Positions 1 to 11,864 of a stretch of DNA of 43,633 nucleotides are shown here, in pieces. Source of the DNA: Octopus sinensis (taxonomy: Eukaryota); contig NW_021835013.1 in assembly GCF_006345805.1 (NCBI RefSeq), positions 1 through 43,633 of the forward strand. Reading direction: 5' to 3'. Position numbers and translations under genes: made by a program. The notes under the pieces were generated by a model. The model was given only the letters and a program-made list of their open reading frames with translations, did not search any database and was not told the origin of the DNA. The number at the start of each line of letters is the position of its first letter. Position 1 is the first letter of the stretch.

Positions 1-42
1 ATATATATAATATATATATATATATATAATATATATATATAT

Positions 43-221
43 TTCGTCTGCCGTTGCGTTCTGGGTTTCAAATTCCGCCGAGGTCGACTTGCCTTTCATC
101 TTTCGGGGTCGATAAATTAAGTACCAGTTACGCACTGGGGTCGATGTAATCGACTTAAATTCCGTTTGTCTGTCCTTGTTTGTCCCCTCTGTGTTTAACC
201 CCTTGTGGTAGTAAAGAAATA
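43..221 (+). mobile_element. 5'-truncated tRNA-derived SINE (family A, octopus-type)
   Basis: Matches the copies at 11456-11864 and 33611-33841: B-box-like GGTTTCAAATTCC, body gtcgacttgcctttcatc...gataaattaagtaccag, tail ending gtaaagaaata. Flanked by (TA)n. Confidence 0.85.
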
Positions 222-265
<44 letters not shown>

Positions 266-473
266 ATATAGTATATATATATATATATATAATAAGGTTT
301 CTGATAGAACCAAATACTTGAAAAGATAAGCCCCAGAGAGTATACAGCAGGGATGTGGCTGAATTATGAAATAGGAGATGACCATAGAGTTGGCCATAAA
401 ATATATACATAGACAGATGGATGGAGTTACGTATTTAACCCAACACACGTGTGTGTATATATTATATGCACGG

Positions 474-812
474 TGAAGGCTCATGACTCCTGTGGTTAGA
501 GGGCCGAGTTTACGATCATGAGTTTGTGAGTTCAATTCCCGGACCGAGCTGAGTGTTAAGTTCTTTGAGCAAGATACTTTATTTCTCGTTGCTCTCCAGT
601 TAAGTCAGCTGTAGAAATGAGTTGCGACATCACTGGTGCCAGGGGGTATCAGCCCCCTTTGCCTTTCTCTTGGATAACATCAGTGGTGTGGAGAGTGGAG
701 GCTGGGATTCATGGGCGACTACTGGCCTTCCACAAATAACCTTGCCCGGACTTGTGCTTCGGAGGCTAACTTTCTAGGTTCAATCCCATGATTATTCATG
801 ACCACAGGGGTG
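474..812 (+). mobile_element. tRNA-headed SINE with CORE-like body (family D)
   Basis: Head with A-box-like gtggttag and B-box GAGTTCAATTCCC; central ttctttgagcaagatactttatttc resembles the body at 6840-6935; distinct GC-richer tail. Confidence 0.65.
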
Positions 813-934
813 TCCTCATACACACGCACGCACACATACATTTATGTATCAACATATACAGAGACTGTCAGACAGACAGATAGGTTGATAGAAACAAACA
901 CAGAAACAAACAAACCAACGAACTAAGATAGGTT

Positions 935-1225
<291 letters not shown>

Positions 1226-1239
1226 AATAGTGCCTCTGC

Positions 1240-2447
1240 GTAGTAAGATGTCGGTATCTCCTATGAATTATTCTTGACTGAGAGAATACTTGAACATATA
1301 TTATCCAAACATGTATCTATTTGCTTCTAGATTTTAAGTTATTAGTTAACGATGAGGTTGTTGGTAGATTTGCTATTTCTGTCGAGTGATCTCTTAGGGG
1401 CTTGTAATGACATGAATGGTTTGCAATGGGCTACATAAAAACTGGTGGCTAATCACACCTTCGAAGAAAAGAATCGTTTGCAACGTTGATTCAGATCTGA
1501 AAGACAGCAAGTCCAATTTTTGTCAAGAACATTTAGGGTTCTTTTATTCTTTTTTTTCTTAGCGATTTTGCAATCTCTGCAAATATATCTTAGGTAAATT
1601 CTTTTCTAGCTATTCTCAATCACAGATGTGTAAATAAAAAATTAACTTGACTATTCCAACAGGATTTAGCGTAACAAATGATTTTAGCTTTTGTGCTGCA
1701 ATGGCTGCTACTGATGGCTTAGGGCGGAAGTTAACGTCCGAAATATCTAACAGATTTACTGCATAGTTCCAAGCGAGTATCTGAAATGATGCAAAGGAGA
1801 AAATTCAAATTATTACATTATATAAAAGGGCTTAGTAAAATAAATTACTTTGCCGCATACTGACTCATTAGAAATAGCAGCTAAAAAACTTTTTTAAAAC
1901 TATTTCTATACTTAAAGAAAATTCGCCTTAAATGGTCCCTTTGCATACTGAATACTTGTGAAATGGATTAATTAATTAATTTTCCCCCAATGTTGAAATT
2001 ATAATTCTCTCTCTCTATATAATGCCGCGGACTTTACCGAAAAAGCATAGTGTTTACTGATTTTAACCCACGCTGGTGGAAAGGGGTGAGCAGAATTCTT
2101 CGCTTGCATTTTTGGGTTTGTTGGCACTGTTAGTTGGGAGCAGATCTTCAGAGCGAGAGGAAGCCGAAAGGGTATGCTCCCATTTCAGTGTTTTCAATCC
2201 AAACCAGGGAGTTCTGAGCTGATGATAGAAATGTCGTGTTGACTAATCTTGAAAACGTACGTTCTCAAATAACCTTTGCACTTGATTTTTTATGTCTCTA
2301 CCCCACCCCATATTTGCGTGAGTTGAATTGAGCAAACACTATATGAGAGAGTTTTCTTTAAGTATTAGAAATAGTTTTAAAAAAGTTTTTTAGCTGCTAT
2401 TTCTAATGAGTTCAGTATGCGGCAAAGTATTTTTTTACTAAGCCCTT

Positions 2448-2455
<8 letters not shown>
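1240..2455 (-). mobile_element. Degenerate Penelope-like element 5' region with inverted pLTR
   Basis: ~105-bp inverted repeat (1817-1921 vs 2352-2455) enclosing hammerhead-like motifs (2136-2181, 2215-2267). On the minus strand a splice-acceptor-like tttctcctttgcatcatttcag at 1781 is followed by a decayed reading frame (ILAWNYAVNLLDISDVNFRPKPSVAAIAAQKLKSF...). RT and GIY-YIG motifs are not seen. Confidence 0.5.
2215..2267 (+). ncRNA. Degenerate type I hammerhead ribozyme motif
   Basis: Stem I TGAG/CTCA, core CTGATGA, eroded stem II (AGA..GTC/GAC..TCT), GAAAAC (one extra A), palindromic stem III AACGTACGTT, cleavage triplet GTT. Confidence 0.5.
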
Positions 2456-2488
<33 letters not shown>

Positions 2489-2538
2489 CTATATAAATAT
2501 ATGTATACATATATATATGCATAGGAATATATATATAT

Positions 2539-2571
<33 letters not shown>

Positions 2572-2974
2572 TATATATAATCTTGTACACTTGTTCGTTT
2601 TATTCGTGTGTGAATGAGATTGTGTGCCCGTGTTCGCATGGATTATTTTTCGAGATACTGAGAAGAAAGGTTGAGGGAACGGAATGAGGGAGATAGATTC
2701 ATACCCAGAACACAGGAAATTACTGAAGACAGAAAATAACAATAACAAAAACTAAAAGCAGATAAAGAAGCATCATGTTAGTATTATAATGCACGAAGCT
2801 AGAGGAAATATTTTTTCAGTACATAAACAATTGGAAATCAAGAATAAAATACCTCAAACAAAAATATGGTGAAATTCCATAAATGTACCGAAGCAACTTT
2901 ACCATCAATCTTACATCAAAAGAACGGCTTATTTTGTTGTTGTTGCGGTTGATATTGTTACCGTGATGTTGTTG

Positions 2975-2975
2975 C

Positions 2976-3030
<55 letters not shown>
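2975..3030. repeat. (ATT)n microsatellite
   Basis: Directly visible. Confidence 0.95.
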
Positions 3031-3187
3031 GTACTTGTGCAATAGCTATATGTAAAAACGTATATATAAAATACAGAAGCAGAATTATGAACAAATTCCT
3101 AACCTCCTAATAGTTTATGCACTCAGAGGCACACATATGCAAATGCATACGTACATGCACACACATAGACACTCACCCAACACATAC

Positions 3188-3229
<42 letters not shown>

Positions 3230-3419
3230 TCTATATATATATATATATATATATCACAACATGCTCATATATATTTGGTTCAGTGCTGTTCGTTTCATGT
3301 CAGTCATTCGGGTGCAACTATATCTTGATTATGTGTTATTCCATATACGGGTTTATATATATATATATATGTGTGTGTCTGTGTGTGTATTTGTATACAT
3401 ATGTATATATATAATATAT

Positions 3420-3456
<37 letters not shown>

Positions 3457-3520
3457 GTATTCATATATACATACATATTACATCTACATATATATATATG
3501 TGTTGTGTATGTATGTATGT

Positions 3521-3551
<31 letters not shown>

Positions 3552-3926
3552 TATATATATATATATGATAACGTGCTTTAATGCATAGAAGAGCTAATTC
3601 TGGCGAAAAGTACTCAGAAACCTTCATATCGGATATAATTATTATTCTAAAATGCAGAGTACGAAGCAAGTCCGGGGAAAATGATGTAGTTATTGGGCTG
3701 AAAAAAAGGGAAGGCTTCTCCTTTACTTTTATACTCATGGTGTTTTCCTGTTTCCCAGTAAAATATATGTTAAAGCCATGTAAAATTTTATTCCCCTCCC
3801 ACAGCGAAACATTCTTCAGCCAATTAAGTTTAGACTCCTTCAACCACAGACTTCATCAGTTGGAGACACTAGGCTAATGAAGATACGTGGACATATAACC
3901 GCACCAACCACATAGACAGACACACA

Positions 3927-3969
<43 letters not shown>

Positions 3970-4715
3970 TATATACATACATATAAACACGTACATACAT
4001 ATGCGTACACACACATGCACACACACGCACACACACACATATATATATACAAATTTTTATATATATACATATATATGTAGACTTATACGTCCTATTTTCG
4101 AGCACAAATGGCTCGTTTGTGTATTCGAAAGTACATCTATTTAACTTAACATGTGGACCGTATATCCAACAGCCCTCTCTGATTAAATAAAAGAAGTAAA
4201 GAACAAAATAGTTCTTAGAATTTTCCTTCCTCCTTACATGAATGAGTTTCTATTTTGTATATGAACGGCAAAACGTGATCGATTATAAGACATTGAGCCT
4301 CTTACTTTATTGGCATTCATTAATAACATTTGTGTACAGAATTTGAATAAGCTATTGCACCGGGCTTTTAAATTAATTGCTTCATAATATGTGATACTTG
4401 ATCTTAAAGCAACCGTGTGTTATGACATGCATCTGTTTCCTTACATTATGGCCTAACAATTACAAACTGTATTTGCAAGCAACTCTCATTTTCATAGCGC
4501 CAACCGGAGATCTGTTCATATTATCTTCTCTATGGTCACTGGTTACAGAGCCGAATTATAAAAAAGCATTAAATTTTACTCTCGGAAATCTTCTTAACTT
4601 ATGTGTGAAATCTGAAATATTTGGAGTCTTGTGACGAAAAATGTGTGTGTTTCTAAAGCATGAATCGTAGCAGTTTGAAAGAAATCAATAAGCAAAATCG
4701 TGGTACTTCTTACAG

Positions 4716-5052
4716 ATATGTTCTGTTTGGAATGCAATAGCTGGACATCTTATAATCGTGTAATAACCAGGGTTTAGAGTATTAGATTCACGATCACAAT
4801 GCCAGGACTTTCAATGCCTGATTTGGGCAGAGCTTTGTCACTACATTCAGGTTGCCACATGCTTTGAGAACCGTTACAAGCTGAGTGATGCTGTAGTTTC
4901 GCATAACTTTGCATGTCAAATGACCCATGTTCCGCTGAGTCAATGATGGGAAATGTGAAAGGATGTCGAATTCTCATCTCTACGAAGGCATCAAAAATGA
5001 CTAACGAAAGCAAAGTATTCGCTAACAAGACATGTCAGCTTCTAATGAAGTA
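4716..5052 (+). CDS. Candidate cysteine-rich exon with two apparent frameshifts (or a pseudo-exon)
   Basis: Acceptor tacttcttacag|A at 4715/4716 and donor |gtaagt at 5053; locally raised GC. Frame pieces: [15 protein letters not shown] / [26 protein letters not shown]...NFAC / [46 protein letters not shown]. The first and last pieces share a frame. Confidence 0.35.
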
Positions 5053-5099
5053 GTAAGTATACACTCTTGCGCGTGCATGAGTATATATAAAAATAAATG

Positions 5100-5147
<48 letters not shown>

Positions 5148-6059
5148 TCATGTATATATATATATATATATACACATATATATATAAGTATATATATACA
5201 TATATATATATATATTAAGTATATATATATGTATATATATATATATAAATATATATATATAAGTATATGTATACATATATGTATATGTATATATATACAT
5301 ATATATATACACACTCGAAATTAATCGAATGTGTGCATATGTATGATTATATATTCGTTTTCACCTCACATTTTCCCCGACTCCTTAATTATCTCTCCCT
5401 CTAACACACGCACGCAAACACACTCACACACACATATATGTTTGCGTTCATGGATAGCTTTCGTGTGTATTCATATATATCCATCTTTTTCTTGTGTTTC
5501 TGTATATATATATATATATTACTCTTTTTATGTGTACGCCTCTCGGTGCATACGTGTATATGTGCATGCGTACGTCTTAGACACTAAGCACGAATTCGGA
5601 ATTCCTGTGATACGTTTCAATTCTCCCAACCAAACGTTATTTGTTATATTTCATTCCGTAATTATGGTATGCATTCAGTAAGAAAAATATCATTACATTT
5701 CATATTCCCATAATTAAGAGTCCTACAGAGATGTAATTGAATATTTAATTAATTTATATTCATTATCCATAATTCATTCATATTACAGTAATAAAACAGC
5801 AAATAAGCTTCAAAGTCTCCATAGATTTAATGAATTCGCTTGCATGTTGTAAGATATCAATTGGAAAATTGATGTTCTATAACATTACGCATTAATATGA
5901 ATACCCCAAAACACCGGCACACACACATGTGTGTGTGTTTGTGTATGTATGTGCATGTGTACGTGTGCATGTGTGAGTGTGACACAGCTTGTGCTATAAT
6001 ATATAAACATTTATGCAAGTAAGTGTATGTGTTTATATATTCATACAAACAAAACATAC

Positions 6060-6106
6060 ATACCTATATATATGTATGTCCTATATATGTATGTGTGAAT
6101 GTATAT

Positions 6107-6161
<55 letters not shown>

Positions 6162-6174
6162 TATATAAGTATAT

Positions 6175-6220
<46 letters not shown>

Positions 6221-6305
6221 TATATACATATATACATACATATATATATACATATATATATATACATATATACAAATATATACATATATATATGTATATA
6301 TATAT

Positions 6306-6343
<38 letters not shown>

Positions 6344-6350
6344 CACGCAT
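6060..6350. repeat. Imperfect (TA)n/(TACA)n array
   Basis: Directly visible. Confidence 0.95.
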
Positions 6351-6664
6351 ACATGTATGCGTACATACAAACTGAAATCGTCTCGAACACATTTCAAACG
6401 GGAACATATTATCTGTGAGATTAATTATAATTTATATAATCTGGTTTCATCAAACATATTATAAAGTTTGTATCATCGCGAAACTATTAATACCATTGTA
6501 AGAATAGTTGGGATTAATATCTAGTTGTTACAAGATCTTGCAATCAGTGTCGTAAAACTTGTTTAAAGTATTAGTACACTAATGACACAAACTATTGTTC
6601 GTGTCTTCCATCTTATTTAATATGTATATATATATACACACACACACACAAACTGGCACTATTT

Positions 6665-6935
6665 CGCTTACGACGACGATGGTTCCAATTCTTCTGCTCA
6701 AAGCATCATCCTGCTCGTGAAATTAACGTGAATGTGGCTGAGCACTGCAGAGACACGGAGACACGCGTAACTTTAACGTAGTTCTGGGGGTGATTCAGCG
6801 TAACACAGAATGTGAAAAGGCTGGCCGTTTGAAATACATGCACTAATCATTTTCGCTTGCTGAGTGAATTGTAACAATGTGAAATAAAGTGTCTTGCTCA
6901 AGGACACAATACGCTGCCGTGAATCGAACTCGCGA
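6665..6935 (-). mobile_element. SINE with CORE-like body and family-B 3' tail
   Basis: 6665-6840 matches the tail of 13795-14000 (ctgctcgtgaaattaacgtg, taacgtagttct, ggccg..tgaaatac); 6840-6935 has gtgtcttgctcaaggacacaa and a B-box remnant. Confidence 0.7.
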
Positions 6936-9659
6936 CCTTTTTCATTTATATAATCGAATCTGTATATTGTAATATGGAAAAAAAACATATGTTATATTCG
7001 TCTCCTGTCTATAATATGCCAGATTTATCCTGATTTGAAGTTATTGCCCTTGAAAACACCATTGATGACCATATGTATGTCAACTTGGAAGATGAAACCA
7101 TCATAAGCAGTATGACAATTTGCTTATGTAGGATTTATTGTATTAAGCAGAATGAAGCAATTTATGCAACAAGTGTAGAGAGTCACAAATTCAAACATTT
7201 TATTCGCAGCTACAAGCTGCTATAATAAAATAGCATATTATTCTGTTTGATAGAGTTTGGATTTTCTGTATTCGTCAAAGCATATTACATAATAAACCAA
7301 ACAATCTTAAAATTAATATTAGCATGTATTCTAGATATGTTAGAGTGCTGCTATTCTGCACTGTTCCATTTGGGAAAATCATCACTTATATATCCATTAT
7401 AATGAAAGTTGATCCAACGATGACTAACCGCTATTTCACACTTTCGTAGTCTATAGGATCCTATATCACACTATATCTATATTTATATAGAATATTTCCT
7501 ATTATGCAGGAAATACAATGGTGATTACCAACATTGATGCTCGTACTGTAGTTTCATTGTTATCAACGCATACACTTATAAGTTACACATATATTTTTCA
7601 GAATGAATTTCACTAAATTGTAAATTAGTTTGGATACCGTTTGAACAAGGGAGAGAGAGAAAGAGGAGGGATGGGGAGAATGTTGGAAGAGTGGGAGAAA
7701 AGGATGAGAGAAGGGGAGAGAGGTGTACTGGCGTGGGAGAGAAAAAGTAGTCCTTTTTATCACTATTTACATATCGTCTATATTCTTCAGTTCTATGTGC
7801 CTTTGTTGATCGATTATGTAAGGTGGTCCTCGTATAGCACATTCACTCTGCACTAGTGCAAGCTACAGTTCAGTCTTTAACGTGTTATTATACCAATAGT
7901 TCGTCAGTATGTTAATCAAGCTGTTTTTGCCCACAAATCTACCAAATATAACTTCGTTTAACTTCAGATTGGTGATATTGGGTCACCACCTCATTTATAT
8001 TCATTCTGTCATTTCGGAATATAAATACATTATGAAAGTGAGAAATGTAACTTTCCTGTTGTAACCCTAAAAAAGAGACAACTTTCTCTCAAAAATACTT
8101 TTAGTGTTCAATGACTGTGTGTTTTGTATTAATTTTAGATTGTTTTAATTTTAATAAGTTTCAATTTCTTTAACAATAAAGCTGTGCTAATATGAAATTC
8201 TTGAGAGAGACGGAGAGTGAGAGAGAGAGAGTGAAAGAGAGAGAGAGATGCACACTGAGGGGGAAAGAGAGAGAGAGAGAGAGGATGATAACCGACCATT
8301 AGAAAAAAAAAATTTTTATTTAATTTTTCGCAGAGCATGGGTTGGTTTTGGGAGATCAACCTCTGTAAATAGGTTGCTGTCGATTGAGAGGTAAAAGTTG
8401 ATTTAATAATTTTTAAAAAATTTTGATTTTCTAGGTTATTAAATCTATAGATTCTACTCTACTGATGCTAGCATCTATTCAACCTTCATTGGGCTAAAAC
8501 ACTGAGATGCACATAACTCGTCCTTGGAAAATATGAAGCAATGAAACCTGGGTTACTCCCTGAGAATTGAGCTATATATTGTCATACATAAAGCAATAAC
8601 GTGCAGTTTAAGTGCCGCTATACAGCAATAATTTCTTGGCCTTCTAATAATATACATAGATCTTCAGCTATTGTTACCAAAATTTTTAACAGGCACTTTT
8701 GGCGATGTTTTCTCTCTTACAATTTCTTTCATCACAAGACGATCAAATGGGTATACTTGAAATCATGTTTCAGTACACATGTATACTTGACAGTATTTCT
8801 TAAACCTACACAAACTTTGTACACCTTCTGATAAGATGTTATCATCATTACGAAAATTACATTATCAAATTCTATCTGCATTTAACTTACATGTTTAATT
8901 GCATTAGAGATGTCACACGTCACAATATAGCCTAATAGATAAACAAACAATAACAGAAGTTAAATATACAAAAACAAAGTTAGGTATAAAAATGTTGCTC
9001 TCATTCGCCTGAATTACGTTAAGTATCCACCATAGCGTAATTAATTCTATTGGCTTCAGATATAATGGATATCGATTTTCAGAACTTTATGCTTTTCTGA
9101 AGGGCATTATGATTGTAATTGCGATGAAATCCTTCTAACCGCAAATTGCCACCAGGACCTTAACCTGTCACTCTATGAAACGTCAGTCACCAGTTCCACT
9201 AAATCACGTAGTCAAGTGGTCTTCAAATGCTAATATTATCGATATTTTTGATCATCGCAGTGAATTTGAATATTTGATTTATCTAGAGAACATAGTTAAC
9301 TTAAGAAGACAAGACTGCTTCAATAGTGTAACACTCCAAGAAATAACGAGCCAAAATAGACATTCTTGTTTAGCTCAAGAGGATTGCCAAATAAACTGAG
9401 ACAATTTTAACTTTTGCAGAAGGAAGGAAAATCATATGATATTACAGATTTTTTTCTTCTTTTCTTTTCTTTTACTTGTTCCTTTATTTCTTTATTTGTG
9501 CTCATCAAATATCCCTTAAAGTGAGATATTATCACTGTTGAGATTAATGTGTCACGGGAAAAGCGAGAAAGTTTTTACAATCTGTATAATTCTTCCTAAA
9601 GTTAATTTTAGAATTATATTTCAAAAGCTAGCTTGTAAAATTGATTTTCATATTATCAG

Positions 9660-9892
9660 GCTGTTGGTACTTCATGCGAACTTTTTATAACAGCAAGCCA
9701 GGAGGAAGTGATAGAGGATTAGTGACGAGTGTTAGAAGGGGATTACTGAATTAATTTAGGAAAGAGATTATTGACATATTACTTGACCTCACTTGGAGGA
9801 GCTTAAATGCAGTACTTTATAATGAAAAGAGACAGGTTTTTAAAGTGGACAGAAATCGAAATTCCATTCGCCTGCATTATGAGTATACCTAA
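9660..9892 (+). pseudogene. Coding-like segment with one internal stop
   Basis: Acceptor gattttcatattatcag|G; frame GCWYFMRTFYNSKPGG...LLN*FRKEIIDILLDLTWRSLNAVLYNEKRQVFKVDRNRNSIRLHYEYT*. No convincing donor. Confidence 0.25.
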
Positions 9893-10416
9893 CACACTTC
9901 ATATTCATAGTAAAAAAAAATATATTACATGAAATTTATTTTAATTCCAACGAAGAGAATATTTATCGAACTTTCTAGCATTGATTTAGTTTTGAAAAAC
10001 GTATAAACGGATCGATGACGGCTAATTTTGTCACTCATTCAATAATTCTTGTGAAGTTTTGAATATTAATTTGATGGTAATTCGGTGAATAATTTGGGTA
10101 TCAATGAACAAGAGGCAAAACATGTGACATGGGGATACCGTTCACTGTACTTTACGTGTGCAAGATAATTCAGTACGGCATGATTTGCATATCAAGTGCA
10201 ACAAACAATTCTTGATATGTTTAGACAAGCCATCTCCTTGTAATTTAATTGTGCCGCTCTATATAGAGCGATGTATTCGAGCTTGTGAAGTGTAGAGGGA
10301 AAAATTAATATGTTGTTTGCAATTCTATTATAAGAATTCCACTTCAATTAGAAGCCACAAATACGTGTGTGTAAGTCAAGTATACTATTTATGTTAATAA
10401 TCATATTCATTGCCAG

Positions 10417-10755
10417 CCAGCTTTCACTTGTAAAATCCTTGGATTGAAAGGCCTGGATGCTTCCTATACATATGAATATTAATGCTTTTATAGAACTTTG
10501 GATATATGGATATATTCATCAATTTTACAATGTACAGCTCTATGTGGAATATCATAAAGAGAGTATGGTTTCAACATCGTTGAAATCCATTCCTCAAGTC
10601 TTTAAGTGACTAGAGGGTCAAAAGTTAGCAAACACCTGATGTAAATATTCTCAAGGATGAAACAAAGAACGTGTTTGAAACATGATGGTTCCGTGGTAGT
10701 CAAACTTAATCCGTTGTCATTTGAATGCCTTGACTCTCACGGAACTATTTCTGTT
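10417..10755 (+). pseudogene. Decayed cysteine-patterned (CTLD-like?) coding segment; 10656-10755 could be an intact exon
   Basis: Single frame PAFTCK...YEY*CFYRTLDIWIYSSILQCTALCGIS*REYGFNIVEIHSSSL*...MKQRTCLKHDGSVVVKLNPLSFECLDSHGTISV ending at donor |gtaagc (10756). Four stops in about 113 codons. Confidence 0.3.
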
Positions 10756-11455
10756 GTAAGCATTCGGGTCAGGAGAGCAGTTTTAATGTAATTTTCTGCC
10801 TTCCTCCTACTTATCTCGGAAGGTTAGAAAAATAAAGGTGGTTCGGCACTAGTTTTTATCCTTACTTCTCCGTAAACCAGTTTTATGGACCAGTTAACTA
10901 TGTTAATAGTAGATTAGAGAATGTTGGAAAATGAGAGATTGAATTAAATTACTATTATATATGATAGTGAATTAATAAATTGAGTGAATGTCTTTGAATA
11001 AACGCATTTTATAATATAAAATTCTATTTTATTACCGTTTAGTTCTATTTATTACTGGCGAATCATTGAGATCTTTATCATATAGTTTGTTAATAAAGTT
11101 GTCTGGCTGCTACACATTAATTTATATAGCATTCGTTAACCTATACACATACGGTTAAAGCTAATCAAAATATCAACTATATGTTAAAATCGTGCAGCTG
11201 ATTAAGATAGGGGTTCTTATTATATATATGTAAATCACTATAGTCAGTACAGAGTGGTGTTGGCGATATACATATGACAGTTGCACTCCGACCACTCAAG
11301 CCATTAATCTAGAAGCAATTGTGCCAATTATTAAAATAGCGCACTCGGGTTTTGTTTTTATTTTAGGTTCAATCTTAGTTGAAACATAAGACAGTAGATT
11401 GATTATCCAATGATCTGTCGGAATTGACATACGTAATGCGAACCTGTTAGATATA

Positions 11456-11864
11456 TATATTTATTTATTGCCCACAAGGGGCTAAATAGTGGGGATAAAA
11501 AAGGACAGACAAAGAGATTAAGTCGATTACATCGAACCCAGTGAGTAACTGGTACTTTCGTTATCGACCCCGAAAGGATGAAAGGCAAAGTCGACCTCGA
11601 CGGAATTTGAACTCAGAAGGTAGCGGCAGAAGAAATACATATTTATTTACTACTCAGAAGGGGCTAAACACAGAGGGGACAAACAAGGACAGACAAACGG
11701 ATTAAGTCGATTACATCGACCCCAGTGCATAACTGGTACTTAATTTATCGACCCTGAAAGTTTGAAAGACAAAGTCGGTGGTATTTGAACTCATAACGTA
11801 ACGGCAGACGAAATACGGCTACGCATTTCGCCCGGCGTGCTAAAGTTTCTGCCAGCTCGCCGCC
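11456..11864 (-). mobile_element. Head-to-tail SINE family A dimer inside one target-site duplication
   Basis: Full-length monomer 11864-11645 plus a 5'-truncated monomer ~11638-11456; identical 16-bp flanks gaacctgttagatata at 11440-11455 and 11868-11883. Confidence 0.85.

Noticed and set aside
7041-7616. Candidate plus-strand exons IALENTIDDH.. and GNTMVITNIDAR.. as a GPI-anchor tail
   Set aside because: Weak donor and not phase-compatible with the 4716-5052 exon; too uncertain to call.
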